In this document: one piece after another, positions 37,892-49,650 of the stretch | How positions within the stretch are numbered: position 1 is the first letter of the stretch | Layout: each line of letters opens with the position of its first letter | Assembly (NCBI GenBank): GCA_965202585.1 | Contig: OZ241830.1 | Span: 77,066,001 to 77,130,000 of the forward strand | Direction: 5' to 3' | Source of the DNA: Thalia democratica | Lineage: Eukaryota | DNA: 64,000 nucleotides | Made by a program: the position numbers and the translations under genes | The notes under the pieces: generated by a model | What the model was told of the DNA's origin: nothing | Seen by the model: the letters and a program-made list of their open reading frames with translations, nothing else | The model's database searches: none

Positions 37892-40789
37892 TGGAGGAAA
37901 TCGTGAGTCAACGGGTATAAACTTATTAAGTGATAGGATTAATTTTAACACTAACAAGTTTTCCTATATAAATTGTAACAACAACTATTTAAAAGTTTGT
38001 TACACTAATATAAGATCTGTTTTAAATAAATTTTATATTTTAGAGAACTATATAAATTTGAATAACATTGATTTATTTTTTTTGACTGAAACATGGTTGA
38101 CTAATAAGGTCAACGATGCCACAGTGTGTTCTTTTAACTATAACATTTACCGAAGTGATAGGTCTAGTAGGGGTGGAGGTGTTGCTATCCTTTTCAAAAA
38201 TTCGCTTAAAGTTATTAAAGTTAAAAACGATTCTATCTCTACTAGCAACATCAATTTTGAATACCTATGTGTAGATGTAATTTTTAAAAAGATGAAATTA
38301 AGATTTTGTTGTGTCTACCTTCCTCCACTGTCTGCTAGATGCGCACTGACTGTTCAAAATGTAATCAAAATGATTAAAATGGTTTTTCCAAAAGAGTGTT
38401 CTTTTTATGTTCTTGGTGATTTTAATATGCCAAATATAGATTGGAGGATTCCTAGCACAGATTTCAATAAACCCCATGAGTGTTTTCTTAATTTTTGTAC
38501 AGACAATTTTTTAACCGAAGTAATTGAAAATCCAACCCATAAGAATGGTAACATTCTTGATCTCATAATTTGCAATCATTTTGGTCTAGATAGAATCATA
38601 TCACACTCAACTAATTTTCCATTAACAAACACCTGTGACCATAACTTGCTTTCACTAAAAATTAAAATTGAAAATAAAATAGTACCTATTGCTAAAGAAG
38701 TCTCATATGACTATAAAAAAGCAGATTTTGAAAGCATCAATGATTTCCTGTCAAAAATTAATTGGACCTCTTTATTTAAAAATTCAGAAAATCTCCAGCA
38801 TTTCTACGATCAATTCATCAGCTCAATCCAAATCTCAATCAAACGTTTTGTTCCAATTTTTTCTAAAAATAACAAAAGTAAAAAATATCCATCTCATATT
38901 AAAAAGTTATTAAAAGAAAAAGCGAATCTATACAAAAAAAAAAGACAAATAAATCACTTTTGATAAAATACAAAAACAAGTCTAAAGAATATCAATTAGC
39001 TGTTAAAAAATACAACTTTGAATATGAAAACAAATTCTGCAAAAACCCAAATTTAAAAAAGTTTTATAGCTACGTGAAATTTAAACTTAAGTTAAATAAT
39101 TCCATACATCTCTTATATGATAATGATAAAAACAAAACAGTAACCTCAGATTTTGAAATAGCAACACTTTTTAACATAAATTTTCAAAAAGTTTTTAAAA
39201 AAGACGAGAGTTACTAGTCTTTTAAGCTACCCCAAAAGAATTGTAGTAAGATGCAAAATTTTTTCATAACCTATGAAGACATTATAAGTTCAATTAACCA
39301 TTTAAAAGATAAAATCATAAGAACGCCAGAAAACATTCCACCCTATTATATCAAGCATGTTATCCAATCAATAATATTTCCACTTTCATTAATATTTAAT
39401 TGCTCTCTAGAACTATCTGATGTTCCTAAACAATGGAAAACATCTTTTATTATTCCTGTGCACAAGATAGGTAATATACACGATGCATTAAATTACAGAC
39501 CAATATCTCTAACAAGTGGCTTTTCAAGAATTTATGAACATATTGTATCTGTAAAAATTCTCAATCACCTCTTTGATAACAAATTATTAACTAACAAACA
39601 GTTTGGTTTTGTTCCAAACCGCTCATCAACCATTCAACTGTTAACATGCTTACATTCTTGGTTAGTTCCTTATCTCAAAAATGAATTTACTAAAGTAGTT
39701 TATACGGATATTCAAAAAGCCTTTGATTCAGTATCACACAAAAGATTATTAAAAATTTTAAATCAGTATGGGCTACATGAAAGCTTAATTGATTGGTTTG
39801 ATAACTTTTTAAATAATAGATCACAAAGAGTACTCATCAATAATACGCTTTCTGACTCTTTAACAATCTACAGTGGAGTACGACAAGGTGGTGTAGTTGG
39901 TCCCCTTCTCTTTTTAATTTATATTAATGATATTTGTTCAAACATTGATATTAAAAGTGAGTTAAGCTTATTTGCAGATGATGCCAAAATCTTTAGTCAG
40001 TCAAATACTTCATTACAACTATCTTTAGATAATATTTACATATGGTTAAAAACAAGAAAACTAAACTTAAATCCTAGCAAATGTAAAATTCTAACCATTA
40101 ACAAAAAAGAATCTTCTCCAACTGACCTCTTAATCAATAACATCAAGTTACCAGAAATTAAAGTTTTTAAAGATTTAGGAATTTATATTTCCAAAGATTT
40201 GAAATGGAATGAACATATCAACTATTTATATAAGATTGCAAAAACTACATGTTATCAAATATTGAAAAGTTTTAAAACTAATTCTGCTTCAATTCTGACA
40301 AAACTATTTAAAACATACGTTCGCCCTAAACTTGAGTTTAGTACCCAAATTTGGTCACCCCATTTAAAAAAGGATATTAACAAAATTGAATTTGTGCAAA
40401 GGAGTTTTACCCGTCATATTTGTAATCGTTGCAACATATCTTACACGTCATATAATGATAGAATGATTAAATTTGGATTGAAATCACTGGAATATAGAAG
40501 ATGGGAATTTGATTTATTAATTCTTTACAAAATTATCAATGGCAAATATAAAAGTTTTTTTAACCAGTTTTTTAATTTTTCCCAAAATAAATATCAACTA
40601 AGAGGAAATAATTTGAAAATAAAATGTAAACATGATTTTCAAAACAGTCAGTGGCAAGGCGCATTTTTTCACAGAGCAAAAGCTATGTGGAACAGACTAC
40701 CTCAGGATATAGTATCTTGTGAGAGGGTAGAAGGTTTAAAGCTAAAAAGATTTGACTTAAATACGATAAATACCAGTAAAATTAACTAA
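37848..40789 (+). pseudogene. LINE ORF2: apurinic endonuclease + reverse transcriptase, with two lesions
   Basis: YTNIRS..LTETWL, YRSDR..GGGV, LGDFN, ILDL (APE); YRPISLTS, QFGF, DIQKAFDSV, SGVRQG..GPLLFLIYIND, LFADD, YVRPKLE (RT). Frameshift in the A-run near 38933-38943 and TAG at 39215. Confidence 0.92.
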
Positions 40790-41255
40790 TTTTCCACTGT
40801 AACAAAAGGAAAAATATTCGTTTCCCTACGCCTCCCCCCTACAAACTATTAGTTTACTTATATATTTTGTAGTTATGAATATTGTTTTATAAGCCATGAT
40901 TTTAGACAAACTTCTTTACTGTGTGTACTAAGTAATATATAAATTTGAATTTTTTGAACTGAATTTTCAATTTAGTTCATTTGTTTATCATATTGTGTTT
41001 AACTTTGTGTTTCCATTTAAATTATGTTTGTATATATATATATATATGTATAATTTATCTTAAAGTTTTGAATATAAGTTTATTTTCTTTTTCTCTTTTT
41101 GTGTGTCCTGTTTAAGTGGCTCAGGTTTTGATGCCTGAGTCCAACATTGCACAATAAACAATATAATAATAATAATAAACTAAAAACATTTGTTATTTCC
41201 TTACTTAATTTGTTATGACATATTTTTTAAGAACTTCATTCTAAACACTTAATTA

Positions 41256-41986
41256 CTTGGTCAACTTCGCAAAGTAAAGTTCGTCCGTCGTATAGTATGT
41301 TTGATTAACAAATTATTATGTTGTTTAAAAAAAACTGACTTGCTTATGGCTGTAAAAGTTACTAAGAGAAAATAATAAGATATTTTGAAGTAACTTTATT
41401 TTTGGTCTACTAAACTAAAATACTATTTTGGTAATTTTACATATATTAAAGTTTTAGAAGTAACTTCAAGTAAAGTTTAATACTTTGTATTACTTTGCTC
41501 TTAAAAAGGTTCTATTAATAAAAATTAGAGACTAGTTTTATTGTTTCATTTTAATTTTATGTACACTTTTCAATATACATCATTACAATGTTAATCATTA
41601 AAAACACCTAATTTATAAAATACACGTTATATTAATGCGACTTTTATTATTTTCCCATTGTTAAATTTTATTGTTCCACTTTTCAATATACTTATTTTTT
41701 AGGTTTTATTTTTGTACAAACTCGAATTCCTCGTTATTTTATAACGAATTAAAATAAATTTATAGAGTATATTATATATAATATTTATTATAACAGAAAG
41801 TTGTGCACATTTAATTTTAATATTGAAATGTAAGTTGAAGATTAGCAAAGTTGTATCGAACAGTTGCAATTGTAACTTGACCAAGGTGTAAAAACTACCA
41901 AGACTGGGAAATTTTCAAAGCAACCCTGAAAACAAAATCAATCATACTTTAGGAAGGACGAACTTTACTTTGCAAAATTGAACTAG
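41256..41986. mobile_element. TA-flanked MITE with ~30-bp TIRs
   Basis: TA|cttggtcaacttcgcaaagtaaagttcgtcc ... ggacgaactttactttgcaaaattgaactag|TA. Confidence 0.55.
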
Positions 41987-42670
41987 TACTTTAAGTGTTT
42001 GGAAAAAGATTGTTGAAAAAATATGTCATAACAAGTTAATTACTGAAGTAAAATTATTATTCAATTAGTTCTCGGAAATAGTAGTACAACTAGTTTCGTT
42101 TTATGTAACAATAAAATGTGGTCAAAATAATAAATTTAATCTATTTACTGTAAACATAGTTTACTTTGGTCAATGAATTTAAAACATTTGAAGTAAAAGT
42201 AAGCTACAGTTGAAACAGGTTTAAGTTTTTGTATATAGGCATTGTCTGGTTTTTTTAAGGCGTAATTCTAATTAAAAATAAGTTTCAATGTTTGTCAAGT
42301 ACTCACGATTAAAACTGTTTTGACACTAAAACCACTTTTACACAAAATTCAATTACAATTATCATCGGTATTTTAATCTTTTTGTCATAAATACTGCAGT
42401 AATTTAAAACTATTAAATATCTGTTGTTATACTAAAAGTTTAGTTTAAGCAGTTATTCATTTACTTTTACTTTATTTACTTATGTATATAATTAAGAAAC
42501 ATAATCTAAGTAGCAGTTTAAAAGTAAAAAGCTTTATCTCTATTAGTAGTTTAAGTTTTACAGTTTATACTAACAGGCTAAAATGAAAGAATTGAAGTTT
42601 ATCTATTTTTTTGACAGATTTTTTTTTTAATTCAAAGTTTTTTTAAAAGTAAAACATTGTAAGTTCTGCT

Positions 42671-44413
42671 ATTGTATCATTTATTATACGGTCTAGTACA
42701 CTACAGACTGGAACTATGTTTGTTTACTTTTTTTTAAAGCACTAAGAACATCTTTAAATTGATGAAATGTAGATCAATAGAAATTAGCATCACATTTTAA
42801 AATATATTAAGTTTAGAAGTTGTAACTTAGTATCAATTTTTAATCTACTTCTAAGAAAAAAATAAAAATATTTGTCAGTTATTAACTTTATACACACATG
42901 CTGGTCAACAAACCATTTCAGGCTGGTTTAATTTTATTTGAAAACATTTGTACGATAAAATTCACATGTGAGTAAAACTAAGCGGTTAATAGAGTAAGTT
43001 CAAACGAATAAATCTGATTAAAACAGGTAGTCAGCCGGCAAAGAAACGCGCGGGAAAACTTCGCGCGAGCAACTTTCAAAGTTCGCGCTCGCAAATAAAC
43101 GGTAACCAGTAGTCGCCCCTGTTGACCAACTTGTGGTGCTTATTATATTCATATGTGTTTAGTCCAGCCGGATCGTAAATCCAGTAGACGTACGGAAGTG
43201 CTGACGGGGTGTCGTAGAGCTCAAGGACTTCTATTTCGACCTCTTGACCGTCGCCAACGCGCTTCCAACTGCCCGAAGAAGAATCGAACGTGATGCCCAG
43301 TTTTAATGGGAACTCCTCCACGATGCCTAGAGCGTCCTCCAACTCCCTGTAAACGTGTATTTTGAGTGGTAACTTTGCACGAGCTGTTAAACGTACCAGA
43401 AAGCTCTTAGTTTTTATTTTTTGAATAAAACGCTTTTCAACAAATGATAGAAAAAATATACTAGCTAACAGAGTTGATACTGTAAAAGTAAACTTTATTA
43501 AAAAAAAACAGTATGCGTTGCACAATTGCCGGTAAACAAAACAGTTTACATGTTTTTCTCTTGACAAGCTGATGCACATATTTTAGGTTTTGTTAAACTT
43601 TCACTAACTGTCTGCCTTCCTCCGTGTAAACCCTGGGGACGTACTGGATGAGGTCTCCCTCGTACGTTTCCAGGCAGTACTGCCTAGCATCATCCAAATT
43701 CATATTTTGATTAACAAACCAATGTTGATATTCTGCAAAACGAGGATAAACTTTGACGGTCAATCCGCTCGGATTTTATTTAAAAACGTTAACAAGTTTG
43801 TGAATATATTTTTTTTGTACTTTTGATTTTTCAGCACAGTTAAGACTTTTGACAATTTTAAACATACCTTTGACGCCGGAGTCCAAATTTGCAACTGAAA
43901 AATATTTTTGTTCAATTAAAGTAAAATAGTTAAAGAACCTGTACACATAGTAAAAAGTAAAAAATGAGCGTTTGAACTTTAATATTTCTGAAATGATTGC
44001 AGTTAGAACGTTGGCATCATAGTTGAAAGAAAAATTTAACTCTACAGTTTTTTAACCCCAATTAGTAAATATTAACTATCTAAACTAAAATTTTAAAATC
44101 AGATAATTTTTCTTTGTAGATCAGATTTATATTTCGGTCGAAAGAAACCACATATATATGATATTTTTACTGAACAAAAAAAAGCATAACAAGTTTATTT
44201 TCAACATAAGAAAAGTATAAAAATAGTAAACATTATAAAATATACTGAAACATAAAAGTTACTTAAAAAAAACAGTTGGCAAGACTTACAATGGAATTTC
44301 ATATTAAAGCAGCTGTTAAGGACATCATCCCAGCAACACCCCACGCGAATGCATTCGGCTCTGGTTATAAGTTCGATTTAATAAAACAGTCAAGTTTTTG
44401 TTGTGTGTGTGAG
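42671..44413 (-). pseudogene. 5'-truncated duplicate of the trefoil/C-type lectin gene (same orientation as 61189-62944)
   Basis: About 97% identical by eye, introns included. Exons 44360-44290, 43894-43868, 43732-43609, 43346-43076 keep open frames and splice sites; the signal-peptide exons are missing. Confidence 0.85.
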
Positions 44414-44458
44414 TCAGTTTTTTTTTAATAACGTAATAATTTGTTTATCAAAAATACT

Positions 44459-45562
44459 ATAATCATTTGTACTGGAATCGAACACAAATTGTCCTCCAAA
44501 TTGTTTCACTTCAAAAAATAGTTTTTATTAAAAATTTAGTTGTGTAGTAATTTTATTTGAGTAACAGAATAACAAAAAATTGAAGTAAAGCTGTATAAAA
44601 GTGCTTATAAACTAGTGATTAGTTTGATAAATACTACATACTTTTAAACTTAACTGCTTTAAAACATTTAAATAAGTATTAAAGTTTTTAATTTACTTGC
44701 TGTTTAGTTTTTAAATTAATATGCTGCTATAAGTACAACAAAACTCAGAAATTACTCACATAGTAGTAAATACATAAAACAGAAAAAAAAAAATTGCTAG
44801 CAGAGATTTTAAATGTTTACTTCAGCACTATGCTATCTAACTTTTTATATTATAAAAACTTTTTTAAGTGACATAGCTCATTTTAATAAGCTTTAATTTG
44901 CACAATGATGTAAGAGAAATGTATAACTTGACCATCAGTTTTTTTTTTCTTTAATTAATAGGTTTAAAAAAAAAAAAAAAAGATAACCATACTTATGATA
45001 TCTTTTATATTTACAATTTACGAATAAAACCATCAAAACTATTTACTACTTAAAATTTGTAATTACCTTCTGCACAAGTACTGTTTACAGCATCCAGCTT
45101 TGAGTACCCTGGAAGACAGACGCATTCGTATCCGGTATACTCAATTTTCTTACAGTACTCCGTAGCACTGCAAAATTCAGGATTTGTCCAGCAAGTAGGA
45201 GCCTCCGTAGTAGTTGGTTTAGTTGTTGTGAGTTGTTTAGTAGTAGGCTTACTTGTAGGTCCTCCTACAGGTTTAGTTGTGGGATCAGCAATAGGTTTTT
45301 CTGTAGAACTAGTACTAGTCTCTACAATAGGTGCTTCTGTAGATTGAGCAGTTTCTGCAGTAGATGCTTCCGTAAATTGAGTTGTATCTGCAGTAGATGT
45401 TTCTGTAAATTGAGTCGTTTCAACAATAGGTGCTTCGTAAGGTTGAGTAGTCTCTGCAGTAGATTCTTCTGTAAATTTAGTTGTGTCTGCAGTAGATGCT
45501 TCTGTAGGTTGAGTAGTCTCTGCAGCAGATGCTTCTGCAGATTGAGTTGTGTTTATAATCAT
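44459..45562 (-). pseudogene. Inverted partial duplicate of the mucin gene (PTS tail + EGF1 + intron 1 + first 50 nt of exon 2)
   Basis: Reverse complement of about 30700-31781; the EGF is identical to the parent; donor retained at 45066; in-frame ATG at 45562 comes from flanking DNA. Confidence 0.9.
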
Positions 45563-45735
45563 TAAAAAACTTGATCAGTTAACATCTTAGATTCAAAACT
45601 GTGTACATACAAATACTACAGACTAATAATTGTGTGAGTCAGAATCTATTTTTACAGAAGTAGATTGTATAAGTACTTACATATTAATAATATGTAAAAA
45701 ATATTGCAATATTAACACATAAATAATATTGAATC

Positions 45736-46369
45736 TTATATGAAAGCTTAAAGTACAAACTACAAGCCAGTTTTTATAGAATTAAAAAATATTATTTAAC
45801 TTTTGAGATATTCTAAATTTTATAAAAAGTTTCCAATACAAACGTATAAATTGCAAGTTTTTCTAGGTCAATTTTCTTGGAATACTAAAACATCACTAAA
45901 AACCTATTTTCTCCTTCATTTTTTGAGATAGAGACCTCAAATTTTCAGGAAACGTTCCTTTTATAATTCAATAGACTTTGAATGTTGGAATTTTAGAAAT
46001 ATTAAAAAATAAAAATTTTAGTTAAAACAAACAAAAAATATACGTGGTTTTTTTTAATAAAATAAAAGTTTTTAACAAAAAAAAATTCCTGTACTCAATC
46101 TTTTTAAAATTTTATAATACTCTTTCTGTAAAAATTTGAATAAGATTGCTTATAAAATGAAGGAGGAGATAGATTTATAGTGAAATGGTCTTTTTTGCAG
46201 TTTTAGTTTGCGCCTTTCATTAGGAACCTATTGAGGTCACCGACTTTGACTGCTCATATCTCAAAAAATACTTTGAAATTTTTCAAACGGTTAAAAGTTT
46301 CTGATAGCTCGGATAAAACTTTATAGAATAAGACCAACTTGTAAAATCAAGGTGGACCCCCCTATGCCC
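45736..46369. mobile_element. Kolobok-like MITE lacking its left end (same family as 5968-6659)
   Basis: Collinear with 6019-6659; ends ggtggacccccctatgccc|TTAA. Confidence 0.75.
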
Positions 46370-46446
46370 TTAAGCTTATTGTGTAAGTTAAGAATATTTC
46401 ATATTCTATTAATAATTCATAAAAGTTCAAAAACAATAGTATTGAG

Positions 46447-46779
46447 TAGGGGTGGGAAATGTGTGACCTGTAGACCAGAATCTGCCAGCAAACAGAACTC
46501 TGTGGCTGTGAAGTATTTTTTCAGCTTTGCAGAAAACAAATAAAATTAAGCTCTTACTAGCAATAACTATACAATGTATTTTTAATTTATTTTTAGTACT
46601 CAGTTGTTTTTAATGAACCAGTGATTTAAACAATTAGTTTCAAATCTTTTTTTTTCTTTGTGGTTGTAAAAATATTCAAAACTACATAGCCCACTAAAAC
46701 TTCTTTTTAAAAAGTCTAGCCAAAGAGAGAATTTTTCAAGCAAATTTGGCCTACCAACTAAAGAAGTTTTCCATCCCTA
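46447..46779. mobile_element. hAT-like MITE
   Basis: taggggtgggaaa ... ttttccatcccta; flanks gtattgag/gtataaaa (5/8). Confidence 0.6.
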
Positions 46780-48951
46780 GTATAAAAGTACATAAAGTGT
46801 TTGTCAACTTAGACAAGAATGTAGTATTTGTGCAAACTTATCAACTATAAAAACAATGATTAGATTTATTTGACAAAACGAAACCAACTTGTTTTCATAG
46901 GAAGTAGAACACATCTGGTTGTATTCTTGCTGCTCAGCATAAGTGTGTGTTGAGCTGACAGGCTTCAATTCCAGGCTGACTTCTGTTGATTGTGGCTCCT
47001 CTGCTTGTAAAACATCCATTTGTTCTTCACCTTCTTATTTATATTAAACTTATTAGATAAGTTTACTAACTATTCTTAAATTGCATTAGTAAAACATTTA
47101 CTATATACCTTAGTACTTGTATATGTTAGTTTTTTTAAAACCACAACGATCAAATTAAAAAAAAACCCATTTTTATACATATTTCTGTACAGTGAATATT
47201 GTCAAACTTTGTTATTAAAACCAAGTGCATACAGTTTTTAATACGATATTTCTAAGTGTACTTCTAATATATAAACACCTTAAATTATCAAAAATGTGTA
47301 TTTGCTTTATTAGGAAGAATCTAAAAAAAAATGCAAAAAAAAGGTATGCCGGCCAAAAAACTAGTTTAAACCCCAAAAATCACATATTTTTCACATTAAA
47401 CAGTAATGAAATCACTTGTACATGTCCTAGACTTATAATTTATAAATGAAAGTTTATACTTATTGATATAGATTTAAAGACATATTAACTGCTTTTGATG
47501 TATTATGACAATAAATATACAAACTTTGTCTGTAAAATAATGATTTGTGGAATATTGAAAAGCATAGCTGGTCAGTGATTTTAATTAGAAAAAATATTGA
47601 AATACATAAATTTTTGGCTATACTTACTTACCTTCAAAAGTTTAGGTGATGTGGTGTGCATGTCAACGGGATAGTTCATAGCTTTAAATGTTTAAAAAAC
47701 CCTTAAAAAACTATTCAATTAGCATTAGAAGAAATTAATGAGATATAAAAAAGTTATGATTTATTATAGTTAATTTTGTATGGCATTAAACATTAAATTA
47801 ATGATTGCAAAATAAAGACTTTACAAAAAAATAAAAAACATTGCAAAATAAAACAAAAATTGTATCATTTTGTATTAACACTTAACATTGTTGCAAATGA
47901 CTGATACTTTTAGAAGTTTTTGTATAAAAACACAAGTTATAGTTGTGTGAGTGAGAATCTATTATAAAAAGAATTAAATTGTTTAGTATACTTGAACTTT
48001 GTTTCAAAAATACTCTACAGAGTATTTTGTAACATATGGACTCTGTGGCTATAATTAATAGTTATTTTTCAAACTCATTCATGAATATTTTGACAAGTGT
48101 GTCTTTATTTAGCATTCACTCACTATGCACAATATGGTTTTTTTATTTTCTACCTGCTTCAAAAAGTTGTTACATCAATGACTACAAAAACTGTATAGTT
48201 TTGGCAAATGTGGCAAAACAATTGAAATTAAATAATAACCAAAATGATTTTGCAAAAGTTAAATTTAATGCTATTACCTGATGAGATAAAGGCTTTTTGC
48301 TAAATATAATCAATGTCGTACAAATTGTTAAGTAATAAGCTTATTTTAAACAAAAAAAGAAACAATTTTGTAAAATTAAGAGTTAAACGCTTAATTTATA
48401 TGTCTTTATAAAGTTGTCAATGTAGTTTATATGAGCTTAATGAATTACTGTAGCTTAAATATTAAACAATGTGTCAACCAGTTATCGCCAATGTAGTAAA
48501 AAAGGTAGAAACTACGAAAAACTTTGAAAAGAATGAATAATAAGAATTAAATTAAAACAGTTTATTTTTTACAAAATAAAAAGTTTAAGGTTTAACATTA
48601 TGTAAAATAAAAAGCATTTTATGTTCGAAAAAGCTAAAAACCACCCTGCCATGCTAAGATAGTGTTTCAATTTGTAGTTTTTATGAATTCTCTAAAGTCT
48701 TACATTTTAATGTGACATCACAATAAAATAGTACTTTGCAAAATATTTTTTTCAATGAATATTCTTTTGAGAAAAGCACTTGTAGTAAAAACACCTTAGA
48801 TGCTGTAGGTGTAAAGTAACTCTAAAACTTTCTTTTTCTTTTTTATACTGTTTATGTGAGCTTTGTAGAACACTTAAGCAAACTGTATTTGATTGTCAAT
48901 ATTTTTGAAAACAAAACTTGATGACTGTTGCTCATTTTATCTTTTAAAACT

Positions 48952-49650
48952 CTTATATTTCTTCATTGTGTGAGTAAGTTTAAGAAAGCATTTGACCTAG
49001 TTTGGCATTCAACAGTCTTGAAATTTATGTTGATAACCTATACTATTTTTCTCATGCAATACTTTGAAAAAATTCATTATTCAATCTTCTAGTTCATCAC
49101 AGAATCACATATCTTTATTCATAAAAATTGTGATAATACTTACAAGTATGGCGTGTTCAGACAAGATCAATTGGCTTGAATGCACTTACTTGATGCAAAA
49201 AAAATCATCAAGAGGCTTTAAAAACTTGCATCTCAGTCTTTGAAATCTTTGAGACATCAATATAAAGTGAAACAAGTAGAGAAAAATTCAAAAGAATTCT
49301 TATACTTCTATATTGTGTGAGTAATTTTAAGAAGGCATTTGACCTAGTTTGGCAACCAACAGTCTTGAAATTTATGTTGATAACCTATACTATTTTTTTC
49401 ATGCAAAACCTTTGAAAAGATCTTTATTTTATCTTCTAATTCATCACAGAATGCATGTATTTTTATTCATAAAAATTGTGACAAGTTTTTATACTACAAG
49501 CATGACATGTTCAGACAAGATCAATTGGCTTGAATGCACTTACATGATGCAAAAAAAAAATCATCAAGAGGCTTTAAAAACTTGCATCTTAGTCTTTGAA
49601 ACATCATTGTAAAGTGAACTGAGTAGAGAAAAATTCAAAAGAATTCTTAT
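48952..49650 (+). repeat. ~350 bp tandem duplication of a decayed LINE RT fragment
   Basis: Two copies, about 85% similar by eye; first copy reads KFKKAFDLVWHS, resembling RT motif DFxKAFDxVxH. Confidence 0.6.

Larger units (their letters stand above)
36720..41178 (+). mobile_element. Near full-length CR1-like non-LTR retrotransposon (LINE)
   Basis: ORF1 plus APE-RT ORF2; 3' end with a short hairpin, aataaac and a (TAA)n tail at about 41155-41178. The 5' boundary is approximate and no TSD was identified. Confidence 0.9.

Noticed and set aside
42671-42720. Helitron 3' end (hairpin + CTAG) as the vehicle for the lectin duplication
   Set aside because: Homology continues ~20 bp beyond the CTAG, the hairpin is poor, and no 5' TC end is evident.
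43347-43579. N-terminal extensions of the 167-aa and 132-aa lectin ORFs in the track
   Set aside because: Intron read-through; the real exon starts at the TACAG acceptor (43346 / 61864) in phase with the upstream exon.
46804-47685. Orphan minus-strand exons (MDVLQAEEPQ..HTYA; MNYPVDMHTTSPKLLK followed by GTAAGT)
   Set aside because: They look coding, but the splice phases do not join and no family is recognisable; left uncalled.
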